In this document: in pieces, positions 36,404-46,140 of the stretch
How the letters are laid out: each line of letters opens with the position of its first letter
Position numbering within the stretch: position 1 is the first letter of the stretch
Assembly (NCBI RefSeq): GCF_011386835.1
Contig: NC_088803.1
Span: 11,718,001-11,782,000, forward strand
Direction: 5' to 3'
Length of the DNA: 64,000 nt
DNA from: Chrysemys picta bellii
Lineage: Eukaryota
The notes under the pieces: model-generated
What the model was told of the DNA's origin: nothing
Seen by the model: the letters and a program-made list of their open reading frames with translations, nothing else
The model's database searches: none
Program-made: the position numbers and the translations under genes

Positions 36404-36866
36404 ATGCAAGAAATGTCTAGTCAAACCACAGTGACAGAGTTCATTCTGCTGGGATTCCCTATATATTGAGAGCTGTAGATTTTATATTTCATGGCCTTCC
36501 TAGTGGTTTACCTGGCCGATTTGATGAGAAATATTCTTACCGTCATGGGCCTAGCCCTTGAACACCATCTTCACACCTCAGTGTACTTGTTCCTGGTTAA
36601 TTGATCCTTCTTAGACCCTTGTTACTCCTCTGTCCCCATCCAGAAATCCATGGCTGACACTTTCATCAACACCAGATTGATCTCTTTCTCTGGATGTGTT
36701 GCACAAGACTTCACAGTTGCCACTTTTATTGATATGGAGAGGAATCTTCTTTCTTCTTGTACAGCAATGGCGTATGTCTGTTACTCTGCCATTTGCCACT
36801 CTCTGCTTTAGAGGACTTTCAGAAATGATGGCAAATGTGCTCAGATGTCGGCTGGTTCTTGGAGAC
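36404..36866 (+). pseudogene. OR14-like pseudogene, N-terminus to TM4, unit D
   Basis: Near-identical to 27858-28320. Confidence 0.9.
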
Positions 36867-37249
36867 AGTGAGGTGTGGGGAAGGGGCAGCTGTACTGTGT
36901 AATGGGAACTGGGAGTAGAAGAGGGATGGGGTGGGGAAAGGGTGGCTATACTTTATAATGGACACTCGGGCAGCAGAGGGTGAGAGCTAGGCAAGTGGCA
37001 GCTATACTGTATAATGGACACTAGGGGAAGCAGAGGGTGATTGGTGGGGAAGGGCAGCTATACTGTAGGGGCAGCAGAGGTTTTGGGATTCACTGCACAT
37101 TAAGAGCCTAGGCCTTTTGAAAATCCTACTAGATGCCTATTTGCATCTGTAGATGCCCAAATATTTTTAAACATTTGTCCCATAACACTAATTGAAAGTC
37201 CATGTGACTTAGACACCTAACTCACTTACACACTTTTGTAATCCCCTGA

Positions 37250-37518
37250 GGCTAGGTCTACACTACCCGCCTGAATCGGCGGGTAGAAATCGACCTCTCG
37301 GGGACCCGACGGGACGCGACAATCGATCCCCGAATCGACGCTCTTACTCCACCAGCGGAGGTGGGAGTAAGCGCCATCGACAGAAAGCCGAAAGTCGATT
37401 TTGCCGCCGTCCTCACAGCGGGGTAAGTCGGCTGCGATACGTCGAATTCAGCTACGCTATTCACGTAGCTGAATTTGCGTATCTTAAATCGACTCCCCCC
37501 TGTAGTGTAGATGTACCC
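37250..37518. mobile_element. Young CpG-rich Harbinger-type MITE, 269 bp, TSD TGA
   Basis: TIR ggctaggtctacactac / gtagtgtagatgtaccc; TGA at 37247-37249 and 37519-37521. The empty site cccctgagatacc is seen in units A and C. Confidence 0.92.
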
Positions 37519-40444
37519 TGAGATACCAATGTCCATCTGTCGGTGCCTAATACCTTTGTAAATCTGCCCTTTTTCTCTTTCTAACTGAATTATCTGTGTT
37601 TAAATTGAGGATAATACTCTTCTCTACCTCTCACAGCAGCTTGGAGGATAAATACTTTTAAGATTTTGGGATGCTCAGAGACTTTGTTGATGGGGGACAG
37701 GTAATGGTGACATAGACAGGACAATGGAGTGTATCTCATCAAACTTGTGAAGAGACTGAAGTCAAGCGTTTTACTGTCTGCATGATTTTCCTTTGAGGTT
37801 AGATGTTCTCCATCATTAAACTTGTTTTTTATACACTTTTTGATGGGTTTCTCATTAATGATCCCTTCCCACCTGTTTAAAATTCCCAGCAGCAGAAATG
37901 CCCAGGGAGATCTCACCCTCTCACAGAAAGGATCATTTATCCCAGATAAATACTGAATTGAGAAAGTCTTTTGCACTTTCATAAAAAAACACAAGGCAGA
38001 ATATACCATCCAAATCAACAGATCTGAGAACACCGTGGGAACAAGCCAGCCTCTAGATCCATGGTGCCATATATTCTAGGTGAGTGCTCTCACTGCTAGG
38101 ATAAAACTTATGAGGGAGCTACTTCTGGTCAGAAGAAACCCCTGACCCTAAAGAGGGATCACAGCTGAGAATGCAAAGCCTAGATCGGTGTTTCTGTGCA
38201 GCACAGACTCTGTCATCAAACTCCCTAAGAGTGCTCGGGACACACTTCACCTCTTGACATCTTAAGTGGCTCCTCGCTGAGCCAGCTGGCTTTTGTGAAT
38301 CCCATTTTGAGGTGCCTATATCTCCCATCATTCATTCTATAGGATGCCTGGATGCTAAATTCAGGTTTTGTGAATCCCAGTGATTTTCTAGGTGCCTAAG
38401 TCCCTTTGTAGTTTGCTGGTTTGAAGCATCAGAGAAGATGAAACACAGGCCAGTCCATCTTCTTCATTCTCTCCCCACTGGAAAACTAATACTGAAGGTG
38501 AAGTGACTTTGACATCCACTCCTGTGATGAAGTCTCAAATTCTTGGGAAGATCTAGAAGTTTTGACTTGAGATTGGTTAGTTATAGGCTCTGAGAATGTC
38601 CTGTTTCTTGTTCAACATTTTAATCCTGGGATAGTTTCTTTTTGTGATTTGGGGTTATCTCTTTTTGCCAGAAGTTCAGATATTGAACAGTAGATCACGT
38701 CAAAAAATATTTCAATTTCTGCCAAAAATTTCAAAGGAAATGAATATTGTTTTTGTCAACACCTCTCACTGATTTTTTTTCATGTTTTTGTCAAAAAACA
38801 ATGAATATCCAATAAAGGAATATTCGTGGTTCTCAAAAAACCCAAAGCATCATTTAACATTTTTAGAAAGCTGGAAAAAATTGATATTTGTTTTCATATT
38901 CCAAAGACAATGTTAACAATTTCAATGAATATCAATATTCTCCTTTTAGTCAGTTAGCCATTTTTAATCCCAAACAAGAGCAAAAAACACACACACACAA
39001 AAATCAAAAACACTCTTCAGTTTTCTAATTCATAGTTACATTTAATACACCTGTTAGAATCTGTGATGATATTCAAAGAAACCTGTCAGACAGGAATTTA
39101 CGCAGGGTTTTGGACATGTTGTTTCAGAAGAATTGGTATGTCTGTGGGCTAGAGGATTTAGTGGGACAACTCACCTTCATGCTTTCATGTGGTGTGAGGA
39201 CTATGAAACAAATAACTTAGGGCCACATTTAGGTCCTTAATTTCTTTTGAATATCCCACTAGGTGCCTAAATATCTTTTAAAATCAGGCCATTGGGCACT
39301 CTTGAAAATTTTACCCTTTGTGCCTAACTCCATTAGGCTCCTTTGAAAATTCCAGCCTACGTGAACAAGTGTAATTGATCTTCTTGGTCCTTTGAACTAT
39401 CACAGAAGAGTCTGACATTAAACAAAAAATAAGGCAGTAAGAAAGCATGTTTCTCAGCTGAAATATATATAATCTTTATGCCAGTTGCTGAGCTTCAGCT
39501 CTTAGAAAACGGTTTAGAAATTCGGAAGTATTCAACTAGAAGGGTGGGATTTAAACATAAGTAACTTTGACTTTTAAGGGGGATAACAGAGATATTTTTG
39601 TACTTTTGTTAGCTTCACAGGTATACTATTATATATATTTTACTTGTAGGCTGAATGAGGAATTGGAAGGTCAGGAAATCTTATAAAAGTAGACTAAGTA
39701 GAAGTGAGAGAGGTATCTTCCACTATAGAGAATAGTTTAAATCTTGACTGTCTCATTTTTTGAATGCACTGGGCCAGATATTCAATGCCACTGCAGTCAA
39801 TGGGTCAGATCCCCATCTGGTTTAAACCTGTGTAGCTCCTGAAAGTTATTGCAATTCTACTGATATAGAACAGTTGAAGATAAGGGGTCAGATTTTAAAA
39901 GGCATTTGTGGGTGCCTCAAGATGCATACAGACGTGCAGTGCAATTTTCAAAAGGTCCTGCGTAGGTTGGGCACCATCTAGCTCAGCCAGCTTTTAAAAG
40001 TCCAGTAAAGGGCAAGATTCAAAAAGGTACTTTGTTGGCATTGTCAATGTGCCTAAATTTTAGGCTCCTACAAATCCACTGGGATGGCCAGCCATGGTGT
40101 GGGGCAGAAACATAGTGACCTGGGAGACTTTTACAACCAAAATTTAGGTGCTGAACAAGTTCAGGCACCTTCAGGGTTTGGGGGCAGCTGAGTGGGGGTT
40201 TTGTCAATCCCAGTGGGGCCTGATTCTGGGATTTAGGTGCCTAAAGTGGCAGTTAGGAAGCTAAATCCTGTTGTGACTCCAGTCCTAGGCAGCTATTGAC
40301 ATCTTTGGCCACCTAAATAACTTTGAAAATCAGACCCTCATTGCTTAAGAAAGGAAATTGTCTGTCAGTTTTCAGTGATTCAGAAGGGATTTGGATTCCA
40401 TCCATACTAGTGTATGGGAACAGTTAGGAAAGTGTGGTACCTGC

Positions 40445-41565
40445 TGTAACCGTGCCTTAGTGGGTCACAACTGAGGATGCCAAATTCAGGACGAACTGCT
40501 GAGAAATAGGAAAGATACACCCCAAGACTGGTGGCTAATCCCCCATAGGATATACCAAACTAGCAACAAAAGTAAACTTGTTTCACCACACTGGATAACA
40601 AGAAGACATAAAGGCAGTTTCCTCTGGCATTCCAGTTCTTATATCACCACCAAAAACCCTGGATTCAAAGATGAGTGATTCTTTACAATCTCATCAAATA
40701 ATAGGTTCTTCTGATCCCAAAGGACCAGCTACACACCCAGGTCAATATATAACTTAGATCTTATCCAAAAATCACGCTGATGCCAATCTTTTAGTGTCTA
40801 AAATCTAAAGGTTTATTCGTAAAAAAGAAGAAAGAAAGGTGAGAGTTAAAATTGGTTAAAGGAATCAATTGCATACAGTAATGGCAAAGTTCTTGGTTCA
40901 GGCTTGTAACAGTGATGGAATAAACTGCTGGGTTAAATCAAGTTTCTGGAATACATCCACAGCTTGGGTGGGTCATTCAGTCCATTGTTCAGAGTTTCAG
41001 TTTGTAGCAAAGTTCCTCCAGAGGTAAGAGGCAGGATTGGAGACATAATGGACGTGTTTCCAGGGCCTTTTATAGCTTTTTCTATGTGGAGGGCATCCCA
41101 TTGTTCTTACTGTGGAAAATTACAGTAACCAGATGGAATTTGGAGTCACATGGGAAAGTCCCATGTCTATCCATTTCGCTCAGCCATTGCAGGAAGCCAT
41201 TACCTATACTCCAGACAACAAGTTGACAGTCCACTCAGTGTAGATGGGCATTTCCCATGGTCCATTTTCAACCAAGTGTTTCTTGATGAACCATTTAACT
41301 TGAATAGTCCCTTCAAGATGTGCTGGGCGCTATCTTGTGGGCTATACCCCAGGAGCAAACATTTGAAATCCAGGTATAGAGCCAATACTTATAACTTCAA
41401 ATACAAAAATGATACATGCATAGAGATAGCATAATCATAACCAGCAAAACATAACCTTTTCTTAGACATCTCACTCAACAACCTTTGTACAATATTTGCT
41501 GCAAATATAGAACAGTGGTTGCAACAATGATCTATATGGTCATATTTTAATCAGATAATATCACA
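40445..41565 (-). mobile_element. Solo LTR, 1121 bp, 5-bp TSD CCTGC
   Basis: TG...CA ends; CCTGC at 40440-40444 and 41566-41570. Minus-strand TATAAAA (~41065) and AATAAA (~40815). Absent in units A-C. Confidence 0.92.
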
Positions 41566-41882
41566 CCTGCATGATACCAAAGGAGACCAGAGTTCGAGTT
41601 GGAAGAAATGGAGATTGCATTTGGTTGTATTAACAAGGTTTGTGGCTAATGAAATGTCAAGTTACTTTTAAGCTGACATCAGATGCCTCAAGCCTCAGAG
41701 ATACCAAGAAATGCATGTTCACTGTCCGGAGTATCGGGTCAAAAATAACATTAGTAATCACCAGGAAAATGGGAGTTTAAATTATAATCTTTATAGGCTT
41801 AAATTATTGACCCTATATTAAATTTCTAATTTCATCAAATAACATTGTAAAGCTTTGTTTAACTATCTTTTTGGGACTGCTC

Positions 41883-41942
41883 ATGGAAAACAGAGTGAGG
41901 GGAAATCAAACAGTGACAGAATTCATTTATTTATTATTGTGA
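41883..41942 (+). pseudogene. Remnant first 14 codons of a deleted OR paralog (MENRVRGNQTVTEF), reading into a stop after 19 codons
   Basis: Aligns to MENRDRRNQSVTEF of copies A-C including the upstream ggactgctc; its acceptor AG is lost. Confidence 0.8.
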
Positions 41943-41965
41943 GTTATTTTCTGTAGATACAACCC

Positions 41966-42946
41966 ATGGAAGACTCCAAATGGGGAAATCAAACAGGCGT
42001 CACAGAATTCATCCTCCTGGGATTTGGGAATCTCCCTGAACTGCAGGTCCTTCTCTTCCTGCTGTTTCTAGTGATCTACATTGTGACCATGGCTGGGAAC
42101 ATCCTCATCGTTGTGCTAGTTGTGGCTGATCAGCACCTCCACACCCCCATGTACTTCTTCCTGGGGAACTTATCCTGCTTGGAGACCTGCTACACCTCAA
42201 ACATCCTGCCCATGTTGCTGGCCAGTCTCCTGACTGGGGACAGAACCATTTCTGTTGCGGGCTGTATTGTACAACTGTATTGCTTTGCTTGTCTGGTAGC
42301 TACAGAATGTTGTCTTCTAGCAGTGATGTCTTATGATCGGTATTTAGCCATATGCAAACCCCTGCATTATGCAGCCCTTATGAATGATCAGTTTTCCCTC
42401 CAGCTAGCAGTTGGGTCTTGGCTAAGTGGCTTTACAGTCAGTACCAACACAGCATGTTGGATGTCACAAATGATTTTCTGTGGACCCAATGAAATTGACC
42501 ATTTCTTTTGTGATTACATCGCATTGCTCAAATTGTCCTGCAGTGACACCAGCAAGATGGTTCTTGTGATCTTCCTTCTCTCCTTCATAATGATTCTTCT
42601 TCCATTTCTCTTAACCCTGACATCTTACGTGTGTATCATCAGCACCATCTTGAGAATCCCTTCCACCACGGGAAGGCAAAAGGCTTTTTCCACATGCTCC
42701 TCTCACCTCATCATGGTCACAATTTTCTATGGGACCCTAATCATTGTGTACATGCTCCCAGACACTGCTGAATTGCGAGACCTGAACAAAGTGCTCTCTG
42801 TCTTCTACACTGTCCTGACTCCCCTGGCCAACCCCCTCATCTACAGCCTGAGAAACAAAGAGGTCAAGGAGTCCCTGAGAAAAGCTCTAAGTAAGACTAC
42901 GACTTTTATAACCAATCACAAACTATCTTGTAGGCATTTATGGTAA
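41966..42946 (+). CDS. Class II olfactory receptor (OR11/OR6-like), 326 aa, ~73% aa identical to copies A-C
   Basis: Intact ORF with all OR motifs; acceptor ttttctgtag 9 nt before the ATG. Confidence 0.96.
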   Translation: MEDSKWGNQTGVTEFILLGFGNLPELQVLLFLLFLVIYIVTMAGNILIVVLVVADQHLHTPMYFFLGNLSCLETCYTSNILPMLLASLLTGDRTISVAGCIVQLYCFACLVATECCLLAVMSYDRYLAICKPLHYAALMNDQFSLQLAVGSWLSGFTVSTNTACWMSQMIFCGPNEIDHFFCDYIALLKLSCSDTSKMVLVIFLLSFIMILLPFLLTLTSYVCIISTILRIPSTTGRQKAFSTCSSHLIMVTIFYGTLIIVYMLPDTAELRDLNKVLSVFYTVLTPLANPLIYSLRNKEVKESLRKALSKTTTFITNHKLSCRHLW

Positions 42947-42969
42947 GTTGCAATCAAATATATAGAAAG

Positions 42970-43043
42970 TATCAGGGGGTAGCCGTGTTAGTCTGTATCT
43001 ACAAAAACAACAAGGAGTCTGGTGGCACCTTAAAGACTAACAG
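42970..43043 (-). mobile_element. 74-bp 3'-terminal Penelope-like insertion with 12-bp TSD ATATATAGAAAG
   Basis: TSD at 42958-42969 and 43044-43055; the insert matches 44560-44635. Confidence 0.88.
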
Positions 43044-43348
43044 ATATATAGAAAGGGAGCTCATCATGTGATGCAATGTAGCAAACCACAGCTCATGTGG
43101 GTGTCCTTAATTATTAGGGCTGTTCTATTACCTATAGTAAGACCCCAAGTGTGAGGAAGGGCCAGTTTAAAAGTATGGACTGCAGGGCCAGTATAGGTTG
43201 ACTCATAAGATACAGTCTGGATGGACCCTGGATCTGTTTGCGGTAATGTGAGTCAAACGAGCTGCACTGAAAGATGGGCAGGGATTTTAGGGGTTTAAGT
43301 AGCGATGAATTTCTCCTCAGTACAGACGGTCTACATGAGGTACACATT

Positions 43349-43985
43349 GTTTGCAGTGTTGTTGTAGCTGTGTTTGTCCCAGGATATTAAAGACACAAGT
43401 TGGGGGAGGTGATATCTTTTAGTGGACCAACTTCTGCTGGTGAAAGAGACAAGCTTTTGCTCTTACATGGAGCTTTTCTTCAGGTTGGAGAAAGGTACTC
43501 AGAATCACAGCTAAATACAAGGGTGGAATAGATAAGGAGTTAACACATGTTGCAAGAAATCATTGAAGGTGAAGTAGGCAGTTAACACTTCTACAATAAT
43601 CGGACAATGTGGGGTTAGTGGGTTACAGATGGTTATAATGTGCCAGAAATCCAGTCTCTTTGTTAAGAACATGCTTTTTTGCTGTCTAGCAGATTTATGA
43701 ATGTAAGTATAATTAAAAATTACAATGCATACTCACTGGGGGCCACATCCTGAAAGAAATCTTTCCCAAACTCCTTCTTTTGGCCTTCAAACAACCCCCC
43801 AACATCACCACGCTCATTATCAGAAGCTCCCCACCAGGATCCACCAAAACAAAGCAGCACCAACCCCTGCCATAACAACAGATGCAAAATTTGGAGACAT
43901 ATATCCACTGCTACAATGGTCAATATCCTCACAAGGCACCTTTCAAGTTCCATGGGCCTAACATGTGGTGTACCTCATCCAGTAG
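43349..43985. mobile_element. Older Penelope-like element, internally inverted (43349-43707 minus; 43720-43985 plus)
   Basis: Minus part encodes FINLLDSKKHVLNKETGFLAHYN plus the 3' region; plus part encodes HILKEIFP...AFKQPPN...PCHNNRC...VVYLIQ. Confidence 0.8.
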
Positions 43986-44184
43986 GCATTCTCAGAGCAA
44001 GCCCAACTGCACACAAAATGTCAGGAAGAGGAGGCAGCTTCTCTTATAAGCTTTAGCCCACTGTTCAGGGCACTCACCAAAAATATGGGAGACCCCCAGG
44101 TCAGTTTCACTCTCTGCCTGAGAAATAGAAGGGATTCAAACATGGGATTTCTTTGTTTTGGCTACATGCTCTAAACACTGACTT

Positions 44185-44555
44185 AAAGGTAGGTTTGAAG
44201 GATGAGATTTTTATTGGTAAATGAGGGTAATCATCAATTTCACCCTACACACACAAAACAACAAAAATATTTCCTTTGAATAGAAATTTATGGATAGGCA
44301 AAGTAAGACAAATGCTGCTTGGGAACTTATTAGAATTTGATGTAAGGATATTTACCTTGTATATTTTGTTATGTGATTTCAGTTTCTGTTTTAGTGATTA
44401 TAAAGCTTTAACTTTTTGAAATTAACGTCTCCTGTCGTTAAATAATGACCCACTCTCTTGTCTGTACCCCCCCATTATTTCCCACAACTATGAACATTTA
44501 AACTGATAAAAATCAGAAAAAAATACTTAAAATTTATGATATTGCACAACTGTGA
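44185..44555. repeat. AT-rich dispersed repeat, same family as 1090-1495
   Basis: Reverse-complement block homology with 1090-1495. Confidence 0.55.
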
Positions 44556-44646
44556 TAGTTATCAGAGGCGTAGCCGTGTTAATCTGAATCTGTAAAAAGC
44601 AACAGAGGGTCCTGTGGCACCTTTAAGACTAACGGAAGTATTGGGA

Positions 44647-44687
44647 GCATAAGCTTTCATGGGTAAGAACCTCACTTCTTCAGATGC
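44647..44687 (-). ncRNA. Minimal type I hammerhead ribozyme motif in the PLE 3' region (stem II partly decayed)
   Basis: Minus strand GCAT-CTGAAGA-agtgaggttcttacccat-GAA-AGCT-T-ATGC: stem I GCAT/ATGC, core CUGANGA...GAAA, palindromic AGCU stem III. Confidence 0.75.
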
Positions 44688-44748
44688 AAGTAATGGAAAT
44701 TTCCAGAGGCAGGTATAAATCAGTGTGGAGATAACGAAGTTAGTTCAA

Positions 44749-45724
44749 TCAGGGAGGGTGAGGTGCTCTTCTAGCAGTTGAGGTGTGAACATCAAGGGAG
44801 GAGAAACTGCTTCTGTAGTTGGATAGCCATTCACAGTCTTTGTTTAATCCAGATCTGATGGTGTCAAATTTGCAAATGAACTGGAGCTCAGCAGTTTCTC
44901 TTTGGAGTCTGGTCCTGAAGTTTTTTTGCTGTAAGATGGCTACCTTTACATCTGCTATTGTGTGGCCAGGGAGGTTGAAGTGTTCTCCTACAGATTTTTG
45001 TATATTGCCATTCCTGATATCTGACTTGTGTCCATTTATCCTCTTGCATAGTGACTGTCCAGTTTGGCCAATGTACATAGCAGAGGGGCATTGCTGGCAC
45101 ATGATGGCATATATAACATTGGTGCACGTGCAGGTGAATGAGCCGGTGATGTTGTAGCTGATCTGGTTAGGTCCTGTGATGGTGTTGCTGGTGTAGATAT
45201 GTGGGCAGAGTTGGCATCGAGGTTTGTTGCATGGGTTGGTTCCTGAGTTAGAGTTGTTATGGTGCGGTGCGTGGTTGCTGGTGAGAATATGCTTAAGGTT
45301 GGCGGGTTGTCTGTTGGCAAGGACTGGCCTGCCTCCCAAGGTCTGTGAAAGTGAGGGATCATTGTCCAGGATGGGTTGTAGATCACTGATGATGCACTGG
45401 AGAGGTTTAAGCTGAGGACTGTAGGTGATGGCCAGTGGAGTTCTGTTGGTTTCTTTTTTGGGCCTGTCTTGTAGCAGGAGGCTTCTGGGTACACATCTGG
45501 CTCTGTTGATTTGTTTCTTTATTTCCTTGTGTGGGTATTGTAGTTTTGAGAATGCTTGGTGAAGATCTTGTAGGTGTTGGTCTCTGTCTGAGGGGTTGGA
45601 GCAGATGCGGTTGTACCTCAGCGCTTGGCTGTAGACGATGGATCGTGTGATGTGTCCGGGGTGGAAGCTGGAGGCATGAAGGTAGGCGTAGCGGTCCGTG
45701 GGTTTTCGGTATAGGGTGGTGTTA
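44749..45724 (-). pseudogene. PLE ORF remnant (RT thumb/linker plus GIY-YIG endonuclease), ~325 codons without a stop, no RT core
   Basis: Manual translation upstream of the track ORF stays in frame: NTTLYRKPTDRYAYLHASSFHP...SIVYSQALRYNRICS...PLAITYSPQL...LGGRPVLANRQP. Confidence 0.88.
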
Positions 45725-45916
45725 ACACCTCAGACCTTGGGAGGCAGGCCAGTCCTCGCCCACAGACAACCCTCCAACCTTAAGCATATTCTTATGGGGA
45801 ACACCGATCTTCATAGTTTTTTTTGATCATGCTGCAGCTTTGGTGTCAAATGGGCATGCCTAGAGGCAGAAATTTAGGCACTAAGGAAATGTTGACAGTA
45901 CAAATTTAGGTGCCTA

Positions 45917-46007
45917 GAGCCAGATTTTTAAAGGTATGGATTTCAATGGGTGTTTAGATGCTTTTGAAAATCCCACTAGCATCTAAATACCTTTAAAAAT
46001 CTGGCCA
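45917..46007. mobile_element. ~90-bp mini-MITE with a perfect 19-bp TIR, nested in an older related MITE
   Basis: gccagatttttaaaggtat (45919-45937) and its exact reverse complement (45987-46005). Confidence 0.75.
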
Positions 46008-46140
46008 TTAGTTAGTTTAGGGGCCTACAGAGTTTATTGGCAGAAGAACAGGTGTTTGTGGATTGCAGTGGTGCCTAAACCTGCCTAAATCTCATGTTGA
46101 GGTGCTAAGTCCCTTTGTGGATCTGGGCTTTGGTGACCAG

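Larger units (their letters stand above)
34868..41928 (+). repeat. Tandem array unit D (D-type throughout; roughly 80-85% identical to the A-type in its 3' half)
   Basis: Collinear with unit A; private ~262-bp deletion at ~38480, MITE at 37250 and LTR at 40445. Homology ends after 14 OR codons. Confidence 0.88.
44560..45794 (-). mobile_element. Penelope-like element, 5'-truncated, with a 64-bp inverted duplication at its 5' end
   Basis: GIY-YIG-type endonuclease (NVIYAIMCQQC...MYIGQTG...RINGH...RETAE), YRKPT thumb motif and a typical PLE 3' region. Confidence 0.95.

Noticed and set aside
37258-37536. 92-aa ORF unique to unit D
   Set aside because: It is the reverse strand of the inserted MITE.
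5363-41928. Regularly spaced long repeats as a CRISPR-like or prokaryotic system
   Set aside because: The units are 8-13 kb eukaryotic segmental duplicates. There are no short repeat-spacer arrays, operons or prokaryotic genes anywhere in the window.
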